Below are positions 8,367-17,390 of a DNA stretch of 64,000 bases, one piece after another; position 1 is the stretch's first letter; each line of letters starts with the position of its first letter. Source of the stretch: Alphaproteobacteria bacterium (GTDB taxonomy: Bacteria > Pseudomonadota > Alphaproteobacteria > CALKHQ01). The position numbers were made by a program, and so were the translations under genes. Where the stretch lies: NCBI GenBank assembly GCA_965227515.1, contig CBDDFZ010000001.1:64001-128000 (forward strand), in the 5' to 3' direction. A model generated the notes under the pieces. It searched no databases, was not told the DNA's origin, and saw only the letters and a list, made by a program, of their open reading frames with translations.

Positions 8367-8744
8367 TCGTCGCCCTCGCCCTTGTGGCGAGGGCCCATTT
8401 TGCCTACCGCGTGATGCTTGGCCAGAGATCTTCCCAGTGCGGATTCTCGCGTTCGATCAAGTTGATCTTCCAGTCTCGCCGATACTGTTTGAGTCGCTTC
8501 TCGCGCCGGATTGCGTCAATCGCGGTGGCATGAGCTTCAAAGTAGACCAACTCTTTGACGTCGTTTTGCTTGGTGAAGCCCGCGGCGACACCAGTTCGGT
8601 GCTCCCAGACGCGCCGGACGATATCGTTGGTGACGCCTATGTAGAGGGTGCCGTAGGGTCTACTCGCAAGAACATAAACATAATAGCTCATCGAGTGCAG
8701 TGTGGCCCCGAAATGGGCCCTCGCCACAAGGGCGAGGGCGACGA
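8367..8744. mobile_element. Putative REP-bounded GIY-YIG cassette with perfect 34-bp terminal inverted repeats (family A)
   Basis: 8367-8400 tcgtcgccctcgcccttgtggcgagggcccattt is the exact reverse complement of 8711-8744; each arm has a 9-bp internal stem. Mobility is inferred. Confidence 0.7.
8404..8691 (-). CDS. Small GIY-YIG nuclease (95 aa)
   Basis: MSYYVYVLAS..GTLYIGVTNDIVRRVWEH...AIRREKRLK...NPHWEDL; the GIY-YIG Y/R/E/N residues are present. Confidence 0.92.
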   Translation of the reverse strand: MSYYVYVLASRPYGTLYIGVTNDIVRRVWEHRTGVAAGFTKQNDVKELVYFEAHATAIDAIRREKRLKQYRRDWKINLIERENPHWEDLWPSITR

Positions 8745-8803
8745 TGAGTTTGCGAGCCGGTCTGCAAGTATCAAACCATCGGGCAATAGGAACGTCAGGT
8801 GAC

Positions 8804-9853
8804 TTACCGCGACGGGCCGGCGCGTTCGGCCGACTTGGCCCACAGATTGACCCCGCCCTCCACGGCATGGGCGTCGATCTCGGCCAGCTCGGCATCGGTG
8901 AAGTCCTGGTTGGCAAGCGCGCCAACGCAGGCGTCGATCTGCTCGGTCCGGCTGGCGCCGATCAGCGCAGAGGTCACCCGTCCACCGCGCAGCACCCACG
9001 CCAGCGCCATCTGCGCCAGCGTCTGGCCCCGCCGCTCGGCAATGGCGTTCAGCGCGCGGGCATGCTCGATGTTCTCCTCGTTCAGGAACGCCGTGCGCAG
9101 CGACTTGCCCTGGGCTGCCCGGCTGTCGTCGGGAATGCCCTTCAGGTACTTGTCGGTCAGCATGCCCTGTGCCAGCGGCGAGAAGGCGATGCAGCCGATG
9201 CCCTCGTCCTCCAGCGTGTCGAGCAGGCCGTCGTCCTCGACCCAGCGGTTGATCATCGAATAGCTCGGCTGGTGGATCAGGCAGGGCACGTTGTTGGCCT
9301 TCAGAATCGCCGCGGCCTCGCGCGTGCGCTGGGAATTGTAGGACGAGATGCCGACATAGAGCGCCTTGCCCTGCTGCACCGCCGTGACCAGCGCGCCCAT
9401 GGTCTCCTCCAGCGGCGTGTCGGGGTCGAAGCGGTGGGAATAGAAGATGTCGACATAGTCCAGGCCCATCCGCTTCAGCGACTGGTCCAGGCTGGCCAGC
9501 ACGTACTTGCGGCTGCCCCATTCGCCATATGGCCCCGGCCACATGCCGTAGCCGGCCTTCGACGAGATGATCAACTCGTCACGCAGGTGCGCGAAGTCCG
9601 ATTTCAGGAACTTGCCGAACCGGGTCTCGGCCGAGCCCGGCGGCGGGCCGTAGTTGTTGGCAAGGTCGAAATGGGTGATGCCGAGGTCGAACGCGCGCCG
9701 GCACAGGGCGCGCGCGTTATCCTCGCGCGCGTCGTCACCGAAATTGTGCCACAGGCCGAGCGAGATCGCCGGCAGCTTCAGCCCGCTGTTGCCGCAGCGA
9801 TTGTAGGTCATCGAGTCGTAGCGGTCGGCGGCGGGCACATATTGAGAGGTCAT
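8804..9853 (-). CDS. Aldo/keto reductase, L-glyceraldehyde 3-phosphate reductase (YghZ/MgrA) type
   Basis: SLGLWHNFG, HFDLANNYGPPPGSAE, SSKAGY, DIFYSHRFD. Confidence 0.92.
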   Translation of the reverse strand: MTSQYVPAADRYDSMTYNRCGNSGLKLPAISLGLWHNFGDDAREDNARALCRRAFDLGITHFDLANNYGPPPGSAETRFGKFLKSDFAHLRDELIISSKAGYGMWPGPYGEWGSRKYVLASLDQSLKRMGLDYVDIFYSHRFDPDTPLEETMGALVTAVQQGKALYVGISSYNSQRTREAAAILKANNVPCLIHQPSYSMINRWVEDDGLLDTLEDEGIGCIAFSPLAQGMLTDKYLKGIPDDSRAAQGKSLRTAFLNEENIEHARALNAIAERRGQTLAQMALAWVLRGGRVTSALIGASRTEQIDACVGALANQDFTDAELAEIDAHAVEGGVNLWAKSAERAGPSR

Positions 9854-10089
9854 GCGGGCGGTCCTTGAGTGGGTCGTGTCGGCGGAGTGGGCTCATGGCG
9901 CGCATCAATGCCACAACGGGGAACGAAAATCTCGCGTTCACCGGAAAGTCCCTCTGGTCTGTTTGGCTTCAGCCATAAGGAAAATGAATTTTGCATCACA
10001 TTCTGACTTCCCAACCGCAGCTAAGCCAATTCGTCGACAGGTCATGCTAAGATTTAATTCTTACGATTGGGAGTTACGAGTCGCCCTAA

Positions 10090-10910
10090 ATGTCTCTCGA
10101 CATAATTATGATTCATCATTGGCTGGTGGCAAGGATCTCGGATGCCAACGCTTGGCTCGAAGTCCATGTGGTGGAGTGGTTCTTCGCGACACCCATTGGG
10201 TTGATGGGCACGGTTGCTGCTGTGCTGGCGACGCTTTCTCTATTGACAAACCGCCAACACATGCAAACGGCACAGGAAAATATTCGGCTACAGACGGTAA
10301 ATATTACTCGTGTAGAATGGGAAGAGCGGGCAATTTTTTTAATATGGTTCTGGATAAAATTGAAGTATATTTCTATCTTGCACGACAATGCGCAAGATCA
10401 ACTCCCCTAGTGTCTTTTGGCCACTACGAGGAGAGACAAGATTGGGAATCTCGAATTGAAAGCATATCGCCAAATGAGTTTATTGATCATTTACAAAAAA
10501 CTGTAGAATTTTTTACTATTCGAGATATGATCAATAATATTTATGACGATACACACCGCATCATTTTGGAAATCCTCGAGAATAACAATGAAATGTATCT
10601 TGCTGTGAGGAATTCACTCCATCATGAATATCAGGATGCTGAGAACTATGAGCATCTTGACAAACAAATACTTGATGAGCTGGTTGCAAGCAGGATGAAA
10701 ATATGGCAAGAAAAAATGAACTTATACAAACAAACTCTACAAACATACGAGAAACATATTGATGAATTGTTTTCAAACAGCATGGCTATAAATAGCGTTA
10801 GAATATTAAACCTCGCCTATGATCGATATAATAGCTTTCATAACATACTCAAGAGAGAGCTATCGCCAATCCAGACTGCTCCAAAGCGAACCAATACTCA
10901 ATTGGCATGA
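10090..10910 (+). pseudogene. AT-rich putative membrane-anchored protein split by a -1 frameshift at a T7 tract (10334-10340)
   Basis: Frame 1 gives a TM helix then ...VEWEERAIF; frame 3 continues FFNMVLDKIE... to 10910. One extra T fuses them. Confidence 0.55.
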
Positions 10911-11145
10911 TCCGAGAGCTTCTTGCTTACTAACCAACAGCCGGATGGGGCCAAACGGCACCGAGAGGCTGGTCGATGGCCCAAGAAGCAATCGCCCCCT
11001 TTCAGCGCGGCCAATTAATCGTTAAATCCCATGGCATACTGTGTGACGGCGCGCGTCGCCGGCAATGGACACCGTTCCAGGCCGCCGTGACCTTGCGCAC
11101 CCATCGGAATGATCGATGACCCGATAGGCGATGGCCCCTTAGCCG

Positions 11146-12711
11146 ATGACCACAGCGACGCCGACATACCCACCCAGCGGATACCCGCCGCAGGGCCATC
11201 AGCATCCGGGCGGTGCCGCCGCGCATCCGGGCCGGCGCCCGTTGCGTCCGCGCCAGCGGCCGGTGAAGGACCGGGCGCACGCCTATTACCGCAACAGCAT
11301 TCTGCTGGACGCGCTGGCGCTCATGATCCCGCTGGGCATGATCTACGAGGTCACGGTGGTCGGCCGCCTGTTCCTGGCCGAGGCAATCTGCCTGGGCGCT
11401 GTGCCGTTCCTGCTGATGGCGCGCGGGCGCATGCTGCTGCTCCCCTCGGCCCTGACCATCATCGCGCTCGGCGCCGGCTGGTTCGTCTGGCAGATCGTCA
11501 CCGACCTGATCCAGGGCACGCCCTACGAGGACTATGCGCGCGGCTGGGCGAAGATCATCTTCTTCATGGTGAACTTCGTGGTCATCTACATGGTGATCTA
11601 CGGCAACCGCAGGCGCACGGCGCTGTTCCTGGCCGGCGCCGCGGTGGCGCTGGCCGCATCGGTGATCGTGCGCCCGGGCTATTTCACCGAGGGCAACCCG
11701 TGGAAGTTCGGCTACGGCCTGCCGGTCTCGCTGGCCATCATCTGGATGTGCCAGGTCAACTTCGTCTATCGGCGCTGGGTGCTGGCGGTGGGCCTGTGCC
11801 TGCTGATGACGGCGGCCCACATGTACCTGGGCTGGCGCAGCATGGCCGGCATCTTCGGGCTGACCGGCTTCTACCTGATGGGCCAGGGCCTGCTCGGCCA
11901 GCGCGGCTCCAAGGTGCAGCCGCTGTCGAGCGCCCGTCTGTTGCTGCTGGCCGGCGCCGGCATCGCCGCGATCTTCGCCCTGTTGTCGGGCTACGAGTTC
12001 CTGGCCAGCGAGGGATACCTGGGCGAGGACGCCAAGGAACACTACGAGCAACAGGCGGCCGGCGACCTGGGCCTGCTGCTGGGCGGCCGGCAGGAAGTGG
12101 TGGTGTCGCTGGAGGCGATTTCCGACTCGCCCATATTCGGCCATGGCTCGTGGGCGAAGGACCGCAAGTACATCGACCTGCTGACCGAGCGCATGCGCAT
12201 GCTCGGCTACATGGACATCAACGACGAGGTCGGGCCGTCGTACTTCGGCGACCTGATCCCAACCCACTCCCACATCACCGGTGCATGGGTGGAAGCCGGC
12301 ATCCTTGGCGGCATCTTCTGGATCTGGATCCTGATCCTGATCGCCCGCAATCTGGGCTACCTGTACCAGATCCGCGACCCGATCTCGCCAATGGCGGTCT
12401 TCTTCTCCATCCTCTTGGCGTGGGACGTGCTGTTCTCGCCGTTCGGGGCCGAGCGGCGGATCATGAGCGCGTTCCAGATTGTGGTGCTGGTGTACAGCTG
12501 GGACCTGCTGCGCCAGGCCGCCGCCCAGGGCAAGATGCTGCGCCGCATGAAGCGGATGCAGCGCCGGCGCGCGAACGTGCTGCCGCGACGCCTGCCGCCG
12601 AACGTGCAGCCGCTGCCGCGCCCATCGGAGCGCGCCCGGCTGGAGAACGAGGCGGGCGACCCGCCCACCGACCAGGGCCATGGGCCGGCGCCCGGCCCCA
12701 AGCCGGCCTGA
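11146..12711 (+). CDS. O-antigen ligase/polymerase-like multi-pass membrane protein
   Basis: Many TM helices; periplasmic loop with SPIFGHG and PTHSHITGAWVEAGILG. Confidence 0.72.
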   Translation: MTTATPTYPPSGYPPQGHQHPGGAAAHPGRRPLRPRQRPVKDRAHAYYRNSILLDALALMIPLGMIYEVTVVGRLFLAEAICLGAVPFLLMARGRMLLLPSALTIIALGAGWFVWQIVTDLIQGTPYEDYARGWAKIIFFMVNFVVIYMVIYGNRRRTALFLAGAAVALAASVIVRPGYFTEGNPWKFGYGLPVSLAIIWMCQVNFVYRRWVLAVGLCLLMTAAHMYLGWRSMAGIFGLTGFYLMGQGLLGQRGSKVQPLSSARLLLLAGAGIAAIFALLSGYEFLASEGYLGEDAKEHYEQQAAGDLGLLLGGRQEVVVSLEAISDSPIFGHGSWAKDRKYIDLLTERMRMLGYMDINDEVGPSYFGDLIPTHSHITGAWVEAGILGGIFWIWILILIARNLGYLYQIRDPISPMAVFFSILLAWDVLFSPFGAERRIMSAFQIVVLVYSWDLLRQAAAQGKMLRRMKRMQRRRANVLPRRLPPNVQPLPRPSERARLENEAGDPPTDQGHGPAPGPKPA

Positions 12712-12756
12712 CCGCGCGGCTCACCCCAGCACATCCCCCGCAGCAAGCCGAAAACG

Positions 12757-13587
12757 ATGCGCATCTCCGTCGTCACCCTGTCGTTCAACCAGGCCGCGTT
12801 CCTGGACCGCGCCATCCAGTCGGTGCTGGCGCAGGACCACGACGACGTGGAGTACATCGTCGTCGACCCCGGCTCGACCGACGGCAGCCGCGACATCATC
12901 GAGCGGTATCGCGACCGTCTGGCGATGGTGCTGCTGGACCCCGACGACGGCCCGGCCGACGGCCTGAACAAAGGGTTCGCGAAGGCCACCGGCGACATCT
13001 TCTACTACCTGAACGCCGACGACGCGGTGCTGCAGGGCGCGTTCCGCGAGGCCGCCGCCATCTTCGCGAAACCGAAGGCGCCCGACGTGCTGTTCGGCCA
13101 CGGCTACATCATCGACGATGCCGGCCGCGTAACCCGCCACTTTCGTTCCGCGCCCTGGGGGCTGAAACGCTTCGCCCATGGCGCGTCGGTGCAGATGCAG
13201 CAGTCGACCTTCTTCACCGCCGACATCTTCCGCCGCATCGGCGGCTTCAACGTCGACAACCGCACCTGCTGGGACGCGGAAATCCTGCTCGATTTCGCGC
13301 TGGCCGGCGCGCGGTTCAAGGTGGTCGACCGCTACTGGTCGCTGTTCACGATCTACGCGGAGTCGATCACCGGGTCGGGCCGCTTCGCCGAGGCGCATGC
13401 CGCCGACCTGCACCGCATGTTCAAGCGCATCGTCGGCCGCGACCAGCGCGCCAGCGACGTGCTGATCGGGCGCACGCTCAGGCTCGCGCGCTGGTTCACC
13501 GACCCGATGGGCGCGGTCCACCGCCTCTCCGACAAGCTGGTCGGCCCGCCGCGACCTGATCTCAGCCGCCTGCTACCGGCGGAATAG
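12757..13587 (+). CDS. Glycosyltransferase family 2
   Basis: ISVVTLSFNQ, VVDPGSTDGS, GLNKG, YLNADD. Confidence 0.92.
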   Translation: MRISVVTLSFNQAAFLDRAIQSVLAQDHDDVEYIVVDPGSTDGSRDIIERYRDRLAMVLLDPDDGPADGLNKGFAKATGDIFYYLNADDAVLQGAFREAAAIFAKPKAPDVLFGHGYIIDDAGRVTRHFRSAPWGLKRFAHGASVQMQQSTFFTADIFRRIGGFNVDNRTCWDAEILLDFALAGARFKVVDRYWSLFTIYAESITGSGRFAEAHAADLHRMFKRIVGRDQRASDVLIGRTLRLARWFTDPMGAVHRLSDKLVGPPRPDLSRLLPAE

Positions 13588-13596
13588 TTGCATTTT

Positions 13597-13697
13597 CATT
13601 CAAGTCGGCACCGGCCCTCACCCCCACCCGGCCACCCAGCAATCATACTGTCGTTGGGCGGCCGGGTGGGGGTGAGGGCTGGAGCAGACTTCAGCGT
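13597..13697. repeat. About 100-bp palindromic repeat (family D), uninterrupted copy
   Basis: cattcaagtcggcaccggccctcacccccacccggccaccca...tgggcggccgggtgggggtgagggctggagcagacttcagcgt; a second copy at 21042-22265 is split by an IS110. Confidence 0.9.
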
Positions 13698-13710
13698 GAG
13701 CTGAGACTAC

Positions 13711-14727
13711 TCAACCCGGCACGCGGATCTCGAACAACAGGAACAGGGTGCGTTGCAGGCCGATGAAATTGTCGTCGGTTACCAGCAGCAGCAACGGCGC
13801 GCCGGACGGCCCAGCGAACACAGCAGCACCCTCGACATTGTCGACGGTCATTGGCGGCCGCAGCCGCGCCATCTCGATGCCTTCGATCCGCGCACCCGGC
13901 GCAATCGCGTCGGCATCGACCCTTGCAATGCGAATGTCGGCGCCGCTCAGCAGCGAGAACCCGCGCTCCACCACCAGCAGGTCGCCGTTCGGCAGCACCG
14001 TTGCGTCGGAGACCTCCAGGTCCGGGTCGCCGGCACAGCGGAACGGCTGCCAGGTCAGGTCCGGGCCGTCGGTGTCGCTGACCCAGGCATAGTTGCCCCG
14101 GTCGTCGGACAGGTCCTCCGCCATCGCCACCAGCCGGCCGTCCGGCAGCCGGGCCAGCGATTCCAGCGATCCGTTGCGGGGCGCCGCCTCGATGCCCGGC
14201 GGCGTCGGCAGCGCGACCGGCACCGACGCGAGGCCGCCGGCGGCGTCGACCGCATAGCGCCAGACCCGGTGATCGCGCTCGAACGACACCAGCGCAGCAC
14301 CATTGCCGTCGATGGCCAGCCCCTCCGCATCGCGCTGTCCCATGGAGACAGGTTCTCCGTCCAGGTCCAGCAGCCGCGCCGAGCGCACATCCGAGACACC
14401 AGTCAATATGCCGGCGTCATCGATCAACAGCCGCCCCGTCACCCAATAGCCGGTGTCCGACAATGCCAGGAATCCCGATCCGTCCGGCCAGACATGCAGC
14501 GCGGAGAGCCCACCGAAGCCGGCACCGCTGCCTTCAACGTGCAATCCGCCGCGCCACATCAGCACGCCCACCTGGTCCTGCCCCGGCGCCGATGGGTTCA
14601 TCGGCAAGGCCGTGCTGCTGACCGGCACCGCCCCGTCGTCCATCAACGGGCGTTGCAGCGGGTCAGCACAGGCCACCGCCGCGGCAAGCATGGTGGCCAG
14701 AACCGTAAGGCGTATGAGAGCAGTCAA
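13711..14727 (-). CDS. Esterase-like activity of phytase family exported protein
   Basis: FGGLSAL, LSDTG, DAEGL, DNVEG, TDDNF...QRT; signal/lipoprotein-like N-terminus; TTG start inferred from GGAG SD. Confidence 0.78.
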   Translation of the reverse strand: MTALIRLTVLATMLAAAVACADPLQRPLMDDGAVPVSSTALPMNPSAPGQDQVGVLMWRGGLHVEGSGAGFGGLSALHVWPDGSGFLALSDTGYWVTGRLLIDDAGILTGVSDVRSARLLDLDGEPVSMGQRDAEGLAIDGNGAALVSFERDHRVWRYAVDAAGGLASVPVALPTPPGIEAAPRNGSLESLARLPDGRLVAMAEDLSDDRGNYAWVSDTDGPDLTWQPFRCAGDPDLEVSDATVLPNGDLLVVERGFSLLSGADIRIARVDADAIAPGARIEGIEMARLRPPMTVDNVEGAAVFAGPSGAPLLLLVTDDNFIGLQRTLFLLFEIRVPG

Positions 14728-14850
14728 ACTCAATACTCCGTGATGGACGCGGCCGGACCCTTCAACCGTCCCCAAGCCCGGCTAGACTGGAAATCGCGCT
14801 GGCAGCGCTTGTGAGCCAGCACATCATGACAGTTTACGGCGGAGGCCCCC

Positions 14851-15630
14851 ATGACGATCGATCGACGAGACATCATTCGCGGTTTGGCGATGGCACCGGT
14901 GGCGGCGGCGCCGCTGGCGACCGTGCTGGCGAACCCGCGGCTGGCCCGCGCGGCGGCCGAGGGGCTGGAGACCGTGACCCTGTCGGTCGACGGTGTCGGC
15001 GACGTCAACGCCAGCCTGGCGATGCCGGCGACCGCGCCGGCGGCCTCGGTAGTCTTGATCCACGAATGGTGGGGCCTGAACGACCAGATCAAGGCGGTTG
15101 CCGCCGAGTTCGCCAATTTGGGCTATGCCGGGCTGGCGGTCGATCTCTACGGCGGCCAGGTCGCGACCAACCCCGATGAGGCCCGCGCCCACATGGGTGC
15201 CGTCAACGGCGACCATGCGTCCGCAACGCTCGGCGCCTGGATCGACTGGCTGAAGGCGCACGACGCCACCAACGACAAGGTTGGCACCGTCGGCTGGTGC
15301 TTCGGCGGCGGCTGGTCGCTGAACGCCTCGCTGGCGCGGCCGGTGGACGCCACCGTCGTCTACTATGGCGACGTGTCGAAGACGGCCGACCAGCTCGCCC
15401 CGCTGGCCGGCCCGGTGCTGGGCCACTTCGCCGAGCAGGACCAGTGGATCAACCACGACATGGTCGACGGGTTCGAGGCGGCGATGGACGCCGCCGGCAA
15501 GACCTACACCACCCACTGGTACGATGCGGCGCACGCGTTCGCCAATCCGACCGCCGGTGTCTATGACCAGGAGGACGCCGCCACCGCCTGGGACCGCACG
15601 ACCGCGTTCTTCTCCGCCAATCTGGGGTAG
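14851..15630 (+). CDS. Dienelactone hydrolase family protein with Tat signal
   Basis: DRRDII Tat motif; HEWWGLN, GWCFGG, HAFANP. Confidence 0.92.
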   Translation: MTIDRRDIIRGLAMAPVAAAPLATVLANPRLARAAAEGLETVTLSVDGVGDVNASLAMPATAPAASVVLIHEWWGLNDQIKAVAAEFANLGYAGLAVDLYGGQVATNPDEARAHMGAVNGDHASATLGAWIDWLKAHDATNDKVGTVGWCFGGGWSLNASLARPVDATVVYYGDVSKTADQLAPLAGPVLGHFAEQDQWINHDMVDGFEAAMDAAGKTYTTHWYDAAHAFANPTAGVYDQEDAATAWDRTTAFFSANLG

Positions 15631-15655
15631 GGCCGCGGCCCCACCAATACTCATT

Positions 15656-15746
15656 CGTCATGCCCGCACTTGTTGCGGGCATCCACGTCTTATTGGCCGC
15701 CTGAGCGGCCATCTCGTGGATGGTCGGGTCAAGCCCGACCATGACG
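15656..15746. repeat. CGTC-tagged REP doublet (family B)
   Basis: cgtcatgcccgcacttgttgcgggcatccacg...cgtggatggtcgggtcaagcccgaccatgacg. Confidence 0.9.
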
Positions 15747-15841
15747 GGTGTGGTGATTGGCTACGATGCAGCCCGTGTAGCGTCGAAAACGCGGTGGCAT
15801 GTCCCATGGCCGGCCGCAACGACCCGGTGCTATAAGGCGGC

Positions 15842-16621
15842 ATGAGCCAACCCGGCACCACTGCTGCGCCCGCGCTGTCGCCGCGCGCGGAGCTGTTCGA
15901 ACTCGCCGCGACCCTGGGCCAGATCTTCGGCACCGAGGACTTCGCGCTGTTCCTCTACAGCTTGGTCAAGATGCAGCGCCAGGACACCATGATCGAGCTG
16001 GGCACCGGCACCGGCATGTGCGCGCTGGCGATGGCGCAGGCGGCGAAGGAGAACGGCGCCGGCAAGGTGCTGACGGTGGACGACGGCTCGGCCTGGCCGG
16101 ATATCCAGGCCAGCATGGCGCGCGCCGGCCTGCCCCACGCCAAGGCGGCCTCGCTCGCCGCCTACATGAAAGGGCTGGTCGACCATTTCGGGCTTGCCGA
16201 CGTGCTGACCTGCGCCGCCGGCAAGCTGCCGCCGTTCCCGTTTCCGAAGGGCACGGTCGACCTGCTGTTCGTCGACTACGTCCACCGGCCGGAGAACGTG
16301 ATCGCCATCCTGTCGGCCTATCTGCCGCAGATGGCGCCGTCGTCGTCGATCTTCATCGATTCCGCGTCGACCTATTTCCCGACCCATCAGCTGCTGGAAA
16401 ACACCGTCCACATCTTGAATTCCGGGCGCATCCCGCAGACATTCACCAAAGGCCAGTCGCCGGAGCGGCTGGCCGACCTGCGCGCGCTTGTGGAGGCCAG
16501 CCGGTTCACGCTGGTGCATCTGGTCGAGCGCAAGGACCGCGATCAGAACAGCACGGCGTGGCTGCGCATCGACCCCGCCGACGTGGTGCCTGACCCGCAG
16601 GCCAAGATGCGCATGTATTGA
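15842..16621 (+). CDS. Class I SAM-dependent methyltransferase
   Basis: MIELGTGTG motif I, VLTVDDG, VDLLFVD. Confidence 0.75.
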   Translation: MSQPGTTAAPALSPRAELFELAATLGQIFGTEDFALFLYSLVKMQRQDTMIELGTGTGMCALAMAQAAKENGAGKVLTVDDGSAWPDIQASMARAGLPHAKAASLAAYMKGLVDHFGLADVLTCAAGKLPPFPFPKGTVDLLFVDYVHRPENVIAILSAYLPQMAPSSSIFIDSASTYFPTHQLLENTVHILNSGRIPQTFTKGQSPERLADLRALVEASRFTLVHLVERKDRDQNSTAWLRIDPADVVPDPQAKMRMY

Positions 16622-16655
16622 GTAGATGTGAGAACGGTCGGAACGGGGACTGAGC

Positions 16656-17390
16656 GTGGATATCGGCGCACCGTACAAGGTATTGGGCAAGGTCGACGTG
16701 GCGGAGGCCGCGAAGGCGATCGCCAAACTGCCGGCCGAGGCATGGGACCGCAACGTGTTCCGCCAGGACGTGCTGGCCGACCAGGTGCATTCCGCGACCA
16801 AGGCGATCCTGTTCCGCCACGAATGGGACCGGTGGGTCAACGTGTGGGGCATGGTCGACATGGCCCACCTGGTGCAGGAATGGGCGCGGCGGACCAAGCG
16901 CGACCCTGAGCCGTTCCTGCCGATCGGCCGCGACGAGACCGATATCGGCCCGATCTACACCTTCCCCGACTGGCGCGACTTCGAGGGCGTTCTGCAGCCC
17001 ATCGTCGACCAGGTGACCGGCATGTTTGAGGCCAAATCCGGGGCCAAGCCGGGAACCAAGTCCGGCATCGTCACCCGGCTGGCGCTGGTGATGATGCCGC
17101 CGGGCTACAAGATCGCGCCGCACATCGACGGCCAGCAGATGGCGCACAAGGCGCACCGCGTGCACGTGCCGCTGATCTGCCCGCCGGGCGTGGAATACAA
17201 GGTGGACGGCAAGAAGTTCACCATGAAGCTGGGCTACGCCTACGACTTCAACAATCGGGTCCGCCATTCGGTCCGCCACAACGGCAAGAAGCCGCGGGTG
17301 AATCTGTTCCTGGACTACTACGAGAACCCGGGCCGGGCGGTCGCGCCGCCGTATGGCTACTACGCCTCCCAGCCCTATGGCCACGGTTGA
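16656..17390 (+). CDS. Aspartyl/asparaginyl beta-hydroxylase-like 2OG-Fe(II) oxygenase
   Basis: IAPHIDG (HxD), HRVHVPL, NNRVRHSVRHNG..PRVNL. Confidence 0.78.
   Translation: MDIGAPYKVLGKVDVAEAAKAIAKLPAEAWDRNVFRQDVLADQVHSATKAILFRHEWDRWVNVWGMVDMAHLVQEWARRTKRDPEPFLPIGRDETDIGPIYTFPDWRDFEGVLQPIVDQVTGMFEAKSGAKPGTKSGIVTRLALVMMPPGYKIAPHIDGQQMAHKAHRVHVPLICPPGVEYKVDGKKFTMKLGYAYDFNNRVRHSVRHNGKKPRVNLFLDYYENPGRAVAPPYGYYASQPYGHG

Noticed and set aside
8692-8925. 173-aa N-terminally extended GIY-YIG ORF
   Set aside because: The extension runs through the REP arm and the AKR gene; the domain begins at MSYYVY (8691).
9852-10333. N-terminal half of the 352-aa ORF 9852-10910
   Set aside because: It does not look protein-like and crosses the AKR promoter region; the plausible N-terminus is in frame 1 and joins at the T7 tract.
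11015-11025. CtrA box upstream of the O-antigen ligase-like gene
   Set aside because: The two TTAA half-sites are 3 nt apart, not 7.
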